From: an uncultured bacterium | Lineage (GTDB): Bacteria > Desulfobacterota > DSM-4660 > Desulfatiglandales > CALKZT01 | Reading direction: 5' to 3' | Length of the DNA: 47,578 bases | Assembly (NCBI GenBank): GCA_938002815.1 | Contig: CALKZT010000059.1 | Span: forward strand, 1-47,578 | Shown: positions 37,895 to 46,474 of the stretch, in pieces | How the letters are laid out: every line of letters begins with the position of its first letter | How positions within the stretch are numbered: position 1 is the first letter of the stretch | Translations under genes and position numbers: made by a program | The notes under the pieces: generated by a model | What the model was told of the DNA's origin: nothing | Seen by the model: the letters and a program-made list of their open reading frames with translations, nothing else | The model's database searches: none

Positions 37895-37923
37895 ACACTA
37901 ACCATCTACCAAAAGCTTGTCAA
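37895..37923 (-). promoter_or_regulatory. Sigma70-type promoter for grpE-dnaK
   Basis: Minus strand TTGACA-N17-TAGTGT. Confidence 0.6.
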
Positions 37924-37931
37924 GGCAACGC

Positions 37932-39293
37932 TCAGTTCACAGAGGTGGCCCTTATCTTGTAGTAGTTCTCTATTATCCAGTTTCTGTACTTGATAGTTTC
38001 ACCAAAAGGTGGGACTCCGTTATACTCTACTACCTTTCCAGGACCAGCATTGTAAGCGGATAGTGCAAGGCTTAAATCGTGGTCAAAAGTCTTTAATTGC
38101 TGGTAAAAGTATTTCATGCCATTATAAACAGAGCCCTCAACAAGGACTCTCTCATCTGTTCCCTTTTCCATCAGTTCACGCTTATATCTTTTTATCAATT
38201 CTGAATGTCGCCTTCTAAGTTCCAAAGATTCCTTCATCATCTCTACTGCACGTATAACCTCTCTCTTATCATCCATTCTTTCTATTGAAAAAAGGATTTC
38301 ATAGGCCTTATCTCTCTTGGTATTTGCATCCTTAAATATTGAGACACAGGTTTTTAAATATTCAGGCTCATAAATCCCTTTCATACCAAGACTCTTTGCT
38401 GTAGATGGCATTATCTGTGTAAGCCCAACTGCTCCAACAGGTGATACGGCATATTGGTTTAGATTTGACTCTCTTTTAATTAATGTAAAGAAGATAAGAG
38501 GATCTATGCTTATATTAAGCTTTGAAGCAGACTCTATTATAGCATCTGCTATTCTCTTATCTGTGGTCAGGTTTCTAAGTATTTCCACACTCCTTTCAAT
38601 ATCAAAAGTTCTATCAGTGTTCTCAATATCTAACTGGCTTGTCCTCAAAAAAGATTTATACTTACTCTTTGCCACCGAAAAGAAGTAGTTCACAAAATAT
38701 ACGTTAGCCTTTGTAATGGTCTCATCCTCATCCACACCTCTTAACCTGTTATAAAATATAGCCAAAACATCCCTCAAACGGTTTGAAACCTTTATGGATT
38801 CCTCAAAAACAAAATCGATGACCTTCAGGGCCATATCCTCATTGAACCTCTGGTCAAATCTCCTGTTCTTCTCCAAGTTTTGCTGATAGAGGATATATTC
38901 ATTCCTGGAATCAGCCATATACTTTTTATATTGCAGGACATAATCTATTATCTCATCTAACAAGAGAGCTGAGGCCTCTTGTCTGGAGACAGACTGAAAT
39001 AGATCCAAGGCAAGTTTTCTATATCTCCCCCCCTCTTTTTTATAAAGCCTGGCGGCATTTAGATGCTCATCCACATATACATTGAGCCCTGCCTTAGAGG
39101 CTATTTCAGGCACTATGGATAGGGGACCTGCCTCCCCATTATAGAAGGGGGAATTATTGGGATTCTCTAAGTGATATCTCAGTATCATCCCCTTTAATTC
39201 AGCCGGGAGAGGCTCACACACAGAGGACCTCTGAGCCAAAAGGACCAAAATTATCGATAGCAGAGTACCTAACAAAATAAATCTCTTCCCCAT
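37932..39293 (-). CDS. Exported lytic transglycosylase (SLT family) with a degenerate duplicated N-terminal domain
   Basis: Signal peptide; IKRES (catalytic Glu), AVSPVGAVGLTQIMP, ALSAYNAGPG and PPFGETIKY. Start 39293 with a GGGAGGG SD. Confidence 0.88.
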   Translation of the reverse strand: MGKRFILLGTLLSIILVLLAQRSSVCEPLPAELKGMILRYHLENPNNSPFYNGEAGPLSIVPEIASKAGLNVYVDEHLNAARLYKKEGGRYRKLALDLFQSVSRQEASALLLDEIIDYVLQYKKYMADSRNEYILYQQNLEKNRRFDQRFNEDMALKVIDFVFEESIKVSNRLRDVLAIFYNRLRGVDEDETITKANVYFVNYFFSVAKSKYKSFLRTSQLDIENTDRTFDIERSVEILRNLTTDKRIADAIIESASKLNISIDPLIFFTLIKRESNLNQYAVSPVGAVGLTQIMPSTAKSLGMKGIYEPEYLKTCVSIFKDANTKRDKAYEILFSIERMDDKREVIRAVEMMKESLELRRRHSELIKRYKRELMEKGTDERVLVEGSVYNGMKYFYQQLKTFDHDLSLALSAYNAGPGKVVEYNGVPPFGETIKYRNWIIENYYKIRATSVN

Positions 39294-39454
39294 GGGAAAC
39301 CCTCCCAAAAGCTCCATAATTGGGACAGCTTTGTTTTTTAGTCTAAACCCATTTACCCTAAATTGCCATCCTCAATAGAGAGACCATGAGACTCTTATGG
39401 TGTCAAAGGATTCTAAATAGACTATAAAAGGGTAGAGATTTTGGAGATCACAGG

Positions 39455-41569
39455 ATGGGTACTGTGCCGATTTCCCAAAGCAGGGAAGACCCATTATCTA
39501 AAAGGCTAATAGCCCTTTCGGTCATAGGGGTAGGAATTGTATCCGTATCGGGCCAGGTGGCCCTCTTCAGAGAGCTTCTCTCCCTAATGGAAGGAAACGA
39601 GCTTGTCCTCTCTGTGGGGATGTGCCTGTGGCTCTTCATCGGAGGGATAGGCAGTCTCTTGGCAAAATTTTTGATCCCCCGTCTCAAGATATACATTGGT
39701 CTATGTATCCTTTCAGGTATTCTTCCACCCTATCTCCTTTTTCTCTCAAGGCTCTTATATTCTAAGTTCTTTGTCCTTGGCTCAACCCCTGGGTTATGGG
39801 CCTCCTTACTCCTCTATCTTATCGTCTTAGGACCTTATGCCCTCCTAATAGGCCTCCTCCTCCCCTATGCACAGAAGATCTCTTGGATCAGAGGAGCAGG
39901 ACTTGAGGCAACAGAGGTATATGTAGTCGACAACATAGGTGACATAATAGGAGCCTTCTTGATCTCTTTACTTTTAATCTCAAACCTCAAAATTTTATCT
40001 TCACTTCTTATCTCTGGATCGTTGCTGATTGTGATTCTCTACCTCTTATGCTTAAGATCAAAGGACTGTCTCTCGTTACTATTGTTGATAGTATCCACAT
40101 TTATACTTTTTTTGCCCTTAAAGATCGATTTAGACAAAAAAACTGTTTCATTCAATTATCCCAATTTAAAACAATATGTGGATTCTCCCTATGGGAGAAT
40201 AGCAGTAACAGAATCTATGAAGGAGATAACAATATGGGAATCTGGAATACCTTATATTTTCCCCGGTGATGTAGTAAATGCTGAAGAAAAAATACATTAT
40301 CCTTTATCCCAAATAGAAGAAGTTGAAGAAATCTTATTGATCTCAGGATATAGCTTGGAAACAATATCAGAACTATCAAAGTACAATCCTAAAGCTGTAG
40401 ACTATGTTGAGTTGGATCCAATGTTGATAAACGTTGCTAAGGCTAATAACGTCATTAAGTACGAAAATTGGCTTTCGATCTATCCTCAAGATGCAAAAAA
40501 ATTTGTGCATACAACAAAAAGAAAGTATAGTGCAGTGATTATGGATCTACCAAAGCCAGATACGTTGCAGCTTTCCCGCCTCTATAGCTTGGAATTCTTT
40601 AGGGGAGTAAAAGACATACTTTCTGAGAAGGGGATCTTCTCCTTTTCCATGGAATATAACAGAAATTATCAAAGCCCCTATCAAAGGCAGACCATAAATA
40701 TCCTGATATCCACCCTAAAAGCCGTCTTCAAAGACTTTATAATGATTCCGGGAGAAAGGCTCTATGTATTGGCATCTGATTCAAAATTGTCCTGGGATAT
40801 ACCCTCCCTACTAAAACAAAAGGGGATCCGGACCCAATTTATCCAGAGCCACTATTACGGCAACGTAAAGGAGGAGAGAGTGGAGGCCTTGAGATCAGGG
40901 CTGACATATCTCCCACCAAACAGGATCTTGGACACCTTTCTTATGAGGTCTGTCCTTTATGAGTGGTTTTCAAAGGTAGGGCTTAACCCCCTCCTTATAT
41001 TTTCAGCCGTTACTCTTTTGATGTTCTTCTTTTTGGGTGCTTTTATGAAGACAGGGGAGTTTCCCATGTTTTCCACGGGATTCCTCCTTATGGGTGCAGA
41101 AATTTTGGTAATCTACCTCTTCCAGGTAGTTCATGGCTATGCCTATATAGCCTTTTCCCTCCTGATAGGTGCCTTCCTCTTTGGGCTTTTGCCAGGGGCT
41201 CTTATCGGCTACAGGGTCGGGAGAGGCCAAAGGGCCTATCTCATTCTAACTGAGATCATCTTGCTATTACTTTCTTCCCTTTTACTCCTCTCCATGGTAA
41301 CGGGACACTTCCGATGGTCTCCCTTCTCCTTCATGTCTTTCGGATTCCTCTTAAGCCTTGTGGGAGGGGCCCAATTTCCCATCTTGGCCTCCCTAAACCT
41401 CCCCCAAAATATACCCTATAGGCTCTTTGGCGCAGATCTCATTGGAGCTGGATTAGGTGTAATGGTCATAGGTGGCCTCCTGGCACCCTTTTTGGGGATG
41501 CTTGCGGCCTTATCCCTCTTGATGGCCATAAAGCTAATAAGCATAATTGTTACACTATGGAAAGGATAG
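39455..41569 (+). CDS. Polytopic membrane protein with central spermidine-synthase-like (SAM/dcSAM-binding) domain
   Basis: About seven N-terminal TMs (RELL..GNE); SPYGRI, EEKIH, VELDP, DLPKP and LYSLEFF; C-terminal TM block with FQVVHGY and ADLIGAG. Confidence 0.85.
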   Translation: MGTVPISQSREDPLSKRLIALSVIGVGIVSVSGQVALFRELLSLMEGNELVLSVGMCLWLFIGGIGSLLAKFLIPRLKIYIGLCILSGILPPYLLFLSRLLYSKFFVLGSTPGLWASLLLYLIVLGPYALLIGLLLPYAQKISWIRGAGLEATEVYVVDNIGDIIGAFLISLLLISNLKILSSLLISGSLLIVILYLLCLRSKDCLSLLLLIVSTFILFLPLKIDLDKKTVSFNYPNLKQYVDSPYGRIAVTESMKEITIWESGIPYIFPGDVVNAEEKIHYPLSQIEEVEEILLISGYSLETISELSKYNPKAVDYVELDPMLINVAKANNVIKYENWLSIYPQDAKKFVHTTKRKYSAVIMDLPKPDTLQLSRLYSLEFFRGVKDILSEKGIFSFSMEYNRNYQSPYQRQTINILISTLKAVFKDFIMIPGERLYVLASDSKLSWDIPSLLKQKGIRTQFIQSHYYGNVKEERVEALRSGLTYLPPNRILDTFLMRSVLYEWFSKVGLNPLLIFSAVTLLMFFFLGAFMKTGEFPMFSTGFLLMGAEILVIYLFQVVHGYAYIAFSLLIGAFLFGLLPGALIGYRVGRGQRAYLILTEIILLLLSSLLLLSMVTGHFRWSPFSFMSFGFLLSLVGGAQFPILASLNLPQNIPYRLFGADLIGAGLGVMVIGGLLAPFLGMLAALSLLMAIKLISIIVTLWKG

Positions 41570-42705
41570 ACAGAAGAGAATTCCTCTGTACCCTTATGGG
41601 CCTGGGCCTATGCCTCATCTCTCCTCCCTCTGTATCTTCACAGGTGGCCGAACCCAAGATCCTAAGAGGGGATGCACCCAAAAGGTTGTGGAGGTGGTCC
41701 AAAGAGGCATATCACTACAACCGTATAGGCCGGAGGGTGATCTGCAATACCTGCCCACACCTCTGCGAATTGACCCCTGGGGACAGGGGGATCTGCAGGT
41801 CAAAGGTGAACATAGAGGGCTCTCTTTTTAGCCTGGCCTACGGGAACCCTGCTTCCATCCACGTAGATCCAATAGAAAAAAAACCCCTCTTTCACTTCTA
41901 TCCAGGCTCCAGGATCCTGAGCGTGGGTCTTGCAGGGTGCAATTTTAGGTGTCTAAACTGCCAAAACTGGGAGATATCACAGCAGAGGCCTGAAGACTTG
42001 GACTTTATAGAGGTCTTCCCAGACGACTTGGTAAAAAAGGCATTGGAACTGAAAGTGCCTTTTTTGGCCTATACTTATTCTGAGCCGATTAGCTTCTATG
42101 AGTATACCTATGATTGCTCTGTTTTGGCCCATGAAAATTCTATAAAAACAGCACTTATAAGCAATGGTTACATAAATCCAACGCCTCTAAAACTTCTTTC
42201 CAAATATCTGGATGCTGCAAATATAAATCTCAAATCCTTCAGCGATGAAATCTATAGAAAACTGAATGGGGGCAAACTCAATCCTGTATTAGAGACACTC
42301 AAGATCTTATCAAAAGAAGGAGTCTGGTTAGAGATCACAACACTAATGGTCCCTAACTATGTGGATGACTTAGAAATGATAAGGAGAATGTGTGGTTGGA
42401 TAGTAAAAGAGCTGGGACCTGACCATCCCTTACATTTCTTGAGGTTTTTCCCCCATTATAGACTCAACCGACTGCCACCCACACCCATAGATATTTTGGA
42501 GAAGGCAAGGGAAATTTCGATGAATGAAGGTATTAGATATGTCTATATTGGGAATGTGCCAGGTCATTCGGCTACAAATACCTATTGTCACCATTGTAAG
42601 GCCCTGCTTATAGAAAGAAAAGGTTACGAAATAAGGATTCTGGGCCTTAAAGAAGGTAGATGTAAGTCTTGTAACACATCCATACCGGGGAGATGGGGGA
42701 TATGA
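41557..42705 (+). CDS. amrS: AmmeMemoRadiSam system radical SAM enzyme with N-terminal twin-arginine signal
   Basis: CNTCPHLC...GIC, DPIEKKPLFHF, GCNFRCLNCQNWEISQ, YTYSEP and YVYIGNV; N-terminus DRREFL plus a hydrophobic helix. Confidence 0.92.
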   Translation: MERIDRREFLCTLMGLGLCLISPPSVSSQVAEPKILRGDAPKRLWRWSKEAYHYNRIGRRVICNTCPHLCELTPGDRGICRSKVNIEGSLFSLAYGNPASIHVDPIEKKPLFHFYPGSRILSVGLAGCNFRCLNCQNWEISQQRPEDLDFIEVFPDDLVKKALELKVPFLAYTYSEPISFYEYTYDCSVLAHENSIKTALISNGYINPTPLKLLSKYLDAANINLKSFSDEIYRKLNGGKLNPVLETLKILSKEGVWLEITTLMVPNYVDDLEMIRRMCGWIVKELGPDHPLHFLRFFPHYRLNRLPPTPIDILEKAREISMNEGIRYVYIGNVPGHSATNTYCHHCKALLIERKGYEIRILGLKEGRCKSCNTSIPGRWGI

Positions 42706-43349
42706 AAGGAGAGACCTTAGAAGAGAAGAGCAAAAGGGCCTTAAAGATCCTGGAGATCCTGGATCCCATATATCCCACACAAAAGACAGCACTAAGATAC
42801 AAAAACCCCTTTGAGCTTTTGGTGGCCACAATACTGTCTGCCCAGTGCACAGACGAGAGGGTAAACGCCGTCACAAAGGGTCTCTTTGAAAGGTATAATA
42901 CCCCTGAGGCCATCGCAGGGATTCCCCTTGGGGAATTGGAGGAGCTCATAAGGCCCACTGGTTTCTACAAGAATAAGGCAAGGGCCCTGAAGGCCTTAAG
43001 CATGGTGATCTTGGACAGGTTCGGCGGAGAGGTCCCCTCCACGATGGAAGAACTTGTAAGCCTCCCTGGTGTGGGAAGAAAGACGGCAAACGTAGTCTTA
43101 GGCGCTGTCTTTGATGTCCCGGGGATCGTGGTGGATACCCATGTAAAGAGGCTTTCGGCAAGGCTGGGCCTTTCGGACTCCAAAGACCCCAATACCATAG
43201 AAAAGGACTTAGAAAGACTTCTACCCCCTGAGAGATGGAGGAGGTTCAGTGATCTCCTCATCTACCATGGAAGGGCTGTATGCAAGGCCAGGAACCCAGA
43301 TCATCTAAATTGCCCTATTCGAAAGCTCTGCCCAAGTAGCGGTATCTAA
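42702..43349 (+). CDS. nth: Endonuclease III
   Basis: LVATILSAQCTD, LPGVGRKTANVV, VDTHV and C-terminal Fe-S region (CKARNPDHLNCPIRKLCP; the second Cys appears to be His). Confidence 0.96.
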   Translation: MKGETLEEKSKRALKILEILDPIYPTQKTALRYKNPFELLVATILSAQCTDERVNAVTKGLFERYNTPEAIAGIPLGELEELIRPTGFYKNKARALKALSMVILDRFGGEVPSTMEELVSLPGVGRKTANVVLGAVFDVPGIVVDTHVKRLSARLGLSDSKDPNTIEKDLERLLPPERWRRFSDLLIYHGRAVCKARNPDHLNCPIRKLCPSSGI

Positions 43350-43400
43350 AAAGCCGGCTTTCTGATTTTCTCTTTATATGATAACCTCTCATGAGCACTG

Positions 43401-44675
43401 ATGGTGGAGGAGACTGTGGAATTTAGGTCCGTAAGAGGCTTTCATGACATCCTGCCAGAGGAGATCGCCTACTGGCAGAGGCTTGAGTCCTTCTCTAGGA
43501 GAATCTTAGAGGCCCATGGGTTTAAGGAGCTGAGGCTGCCAGTCCTTGAAATGGCAAGCCTCTTTAAGAGGGGTATAGGTGAGGAGACCGACATAGTCTC
43601 AAAGGAGATGTATCTCTTTTCAGACCCGAAGGGGAGAGAGCTTTGCCTGAGGCCGGAGGCCACAAGTCAGATAGTAAGGGCATATATACAGAACAGGATG
43701 GACCTAAAGGAGCCCATTTCCAAGCTATACCTCATAGGCCCCATGTTTAGACACGAAAGGCCCCAGAAGGGAAGATACAGACAGTTTCACCAGATAGACG
43801 TGGAACTGATTGGGGACAGAGGGCCCATAAGCGATGCAGAGATACTGATCCTCCTCTGGAGGATCTTACAGGGATTGGGCATGGGGGATCTGGTCCTCAC
43901 CATAAACAGCCTGGGCTGTGAGGTCTGCAGGCCCCATTTCAAGAGCCACCTAAAAGAATTTCTGAGGGACAAAAGGGAAGGGCTCTGCCCTGACTGCCAG
44001 AGGAGATCAGAGAAAAATCCCCTCAGGGTCTTTGACTGCAAAGAGGCCCAGTGCAAGGCCTCCTTAGAAGGGGCACCTCGTATCGACGAGTCCTGGTGTG
44101 GAGACTGTACCGACCACCTGCGAGCTATCTTGGACCTCTTATCCGAGGCAGGTATACCCTATATCTTGGATAGCAGACTGATGAGGGGGCTCGACTACTA
44201 TACCAGGACCGCCTTTGAGGTAAAGACAAAGGCCTTGGGTGCCCAGGATGCAGTGGCTGGCGGAGGAAGATACGACCGACTCATTTCTACCCTGGGGGGA
44301 CCCGATAGGCCCTCTATAGGATTTGCCATTGGTATGGAGAGGGCCATAGAGTTATTAAAGCTCAATGAGGCCCTGAGGCCAGAGGGGCCAAAGGTATTCA
44401 TAGCAAGCCTGGGTTTTAGGGCCCGTCTCTTTGCCTTCAAACTGATGATGGAGCTGAGGGCAAGGGAGCTCAAGACAGAGATGGCCTACGGTGAGAGTAG
44501 CCTTAAATCCCAGATGCGGCAGGCCACAAGGTATAGGGCAGAGTATGTCTTGATCATAGGGGATGAGGAGTTAGAGGCAGGGACTGTTACCCTAAAAGAG
44601 ATGAATTCGGGGGAACAAACACAAGTCAAGATATCAGATCTCATTAGAAGGTTAATAGGCCCAAAAACACCATAG
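43401..44675 (+). CDS. hisS: Histidine--tRNA ligase
   Basis: RGFHD, LRPEAT, FRHERPQKGRYRQFHQ, RGLDYY and GGGRYD. Confidence 0.98.
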   Translation: MVEETVEFRSVRGFHDILPEEIAYWQRLESFSRRILEAHGFKELRLPVLEMASLFKRGIGEETDIVSKEMYLFSDPKGRELCLRPEATSQIVRAYIQNRMDLKEPISKLYLIGPMFRHERPQKGRYRQFHQIDVELIGDRGPISDAEILILLWRILQGLGMGDLVLTINSLGCEVCRPHFKSHLKEFLRDKREGLCPDCQRRSEKNPLRVFDCKEAQCKASLEGAPRIDESWCGDCTDHLRAILDLLSEAGIPYILDSRLMRGLDYYTRTAFEVKTKALGAQDAVAGGGRYDRLISTLGGPDRPSIGFAIGMERAIELLKLNEALRPEGPKVFIASLGFRARLFAFKLMMELRARELKTEMAYGESSLKSQMRQATRYRAEYVLIIGDEELEAGTVTLKEMNSGEQTQVKISDLIRRLIGPKTP

Positions 44676-44689
44676 AGAGGGATATCTTC

Positions 44690-46474
44690 ATGAGTATACC
44701 GGAGACAATGGGGGATTGGAAAAGGACCCACAACTGTGGCGAGCTCAGGAAAGAAGACGAGGGAAGAGAAGTGGTACTAATGGGATGGGTAAACGGGGTA
44801 AGGGACCTGGGGAGCCTCCTATTTATAGACCTAAGAGACAGATACGGCAGGACTCAGCTGGTGATAGATGAAGGGCTCAACCCCTCCCTTCACCAAAAGG
44901 CAAAGGGGCTTAGATCAGAGTTTGTCATAGCGGTTAAGGGAGCTGTAAGGCAAAGGGAAGGGGGCCAAAAAAACCCAAGCCTTCCCACAGGGGATATAGA
45001 GGTGAAGGTGGAGGAGTTAAGGGTCTTAAACACCTCCATGGTTCCACCCTTTTCCGTAGACGCAGTAAAGGAGGCCTCTGAGATCCTTAGGATGAAATAC
45101 CGCTATCTGGACCTCAGGAGGCCAGAGATATCCCAGAGGTTTGTCTTCAGACACAATCTGGTAAGGGAGACAAGGGAGTACCTAAACGCCTTAGGTTTCT
45201 TGGAGATAGAAACCCCGTTTCTTACCAAAAGCACCCCAGAGGGCGCAAGGGACTTCTTGGTCCCTTCCAGGATCCAGCCCAAAAAGTTCTATGCCCTCCC
45301 ACAATCCCCACAGCTCTTTAAACAGATCCTAATGATAGGAGGGTTGGACAAGTATTACCAGATAGTAAGGTGCTTCAGAGACGAAGATCTCAGGGCAGAT
45401 AGACAACCTGAGTTTACCCAGATAGACCTGGAAATGTCCTTTGTGGATGAAGAGGATATAATGGGAGTGGTGGAGGGCTTACTCTCCCATCTCTTTGAGA
45501 GGTTACTGGGTGTAAGACTTCAGACCCCTTTTTTGAAGATGACCTATGAAGAGGCAATCTCCCAATATGGCACAGACAAACCTGATCTGAGGGCTGGAGC
45601 CCCAATCAAGGATCTCACAGAAGTGTTTTCCGATATAGCTTTAGTATTCCTCCGGGAGGGATTCCAAAGGGGCGAAAGGCTCAAGGGACTCTTTCTTGAT
45701 GGCCATTTGGAAAGGGTCTCTCGGAAGGCCTTGGAGAGGTATGAGTCCCTTCTGAGATCTAACGGGGCAAGGGGCCTCCTATGGGTCAAGTGGAAGGGGG
45801 ATACGTGGCAGTCTCCGGTGGGGAAATATCTCACAGAAGGGATCAAAGGAGGCCTCAAAACCCTCTTTCCGTCGCCTGAGGGGCTGCTCTTCATGGTATT
45901 GGATGAGGATGAGAAGGCCTCTAAGGCCTTGGGCCTCTTGAGGCTGGAGCTTTCAAAGGATCTGGGTATATCTGATCCCTCCGACCATAGGTTCTTATGG
46001 GTTACCTCCTTTCCCCTCCTGGAGTGGGATGATACCCAAAATAGATTCGTGGCAGTCCACCACCCCTTTACCTCCCCCAAATATGAGGATATCCCCCTCT
46101 TGGAATCTGAACCCCAAAAGGTGAGGGCAAAGGCCTTTGACATAGTACTCAACGGCACAGAGATAGGGGGTGGGAGCATCAGAATCCACACGAAGGAGTT
46201 ACAGGAGAGGGTCTTTAGGACCATAGGCATAAGTGAGGAGGAAGGGGACTCCAAGTTCGGGTTCCTCTTGGAGGCCTTAAGATTGGGGGCACCACCCCAT
46301 GGAGGCCTCGCAATAGGATTGGACCGCCTAGTTGCCATAATGCTGGGCCTTGAGTCCATAAGGGAGGTGATAGCCTTCCCCAAGACCACAAGTGGAAGTT
46401 GTCCCCTTACGGATGCCCCCTCTTTTGTCCCAGAGGAGCAACTAAGGGAGCTCGGTATCCTATTGGCCCCCTAA
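44690..46474 (+). CDS. aspS: Aspartate--tRNA ligase
   Basis: RTHNCGEL, PEGARDF, LPQSPQLFKQ, FRDEDLRADRQPEF, GAPPHGG and FPKT. Confidence 0.98.
   Translation: MSIPETMGDWKRTHNCGELRKEDEGREVVLMGWVNGVRDLGSLLFIDLRDRYGRTQLVIDEGLNPSLHQKAKGLRSEFVIAVKGAVRQREGGQKNPSLPTGDIEVKVEELRVLNTSMVPPFSVDAVKEASEILRMKYRYLDLRRPEISQRFVFRHNLVRETREYLNALGFLEIETPFLTKSTPEGARDFLVPSRIQPKKFYALPQSPQLFKQILMIGGLDKYYQIVRCFRDEDLRADRQPEFTQIDLEMSFVDEEDIMGVVEGLLSHLFERLLGVRLQTPFLKMTYEEAISQYGTDKPDLRAGAPIKDLTEVFSDIALVFLREGFQRGERLKGLFLDGHLERVSRKALERYESLLRSNGARGLLWVKWKGDTWQSPVGKYLTEGIKGGLKTLFPSPEGLLFMVLDEDEKASKALGLLRLELSKDLGISDPSDHRFLWVTSFPLLEWDDTQNRFVAVHHPFTSPKYEDIPLLESEPQKVRAKAFDIVLNGTEIGGGSIRIHTKELQERVFRTIGISEEEGDSKFGFLLEALRLGAPPHGGLAIGLDRLVAIMLGLESIREVIAFPKTTSGSCPLTDAPSFVPEEQLRELGILLAP

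Noticed and set aside
43350-43361. Perfect palindrome AAAGCCGGCTTT after nth as a terminator
   Set aside because: The stem would be too short once a loop is allowed and the U-tract is interrupted; it may be chance.
45544-46389. 281-aa antisense ORF within aspS
   Set aside because: Fully antisense to an essential conserved gene, with Ser/Pro/Arg-rich shadow composition.
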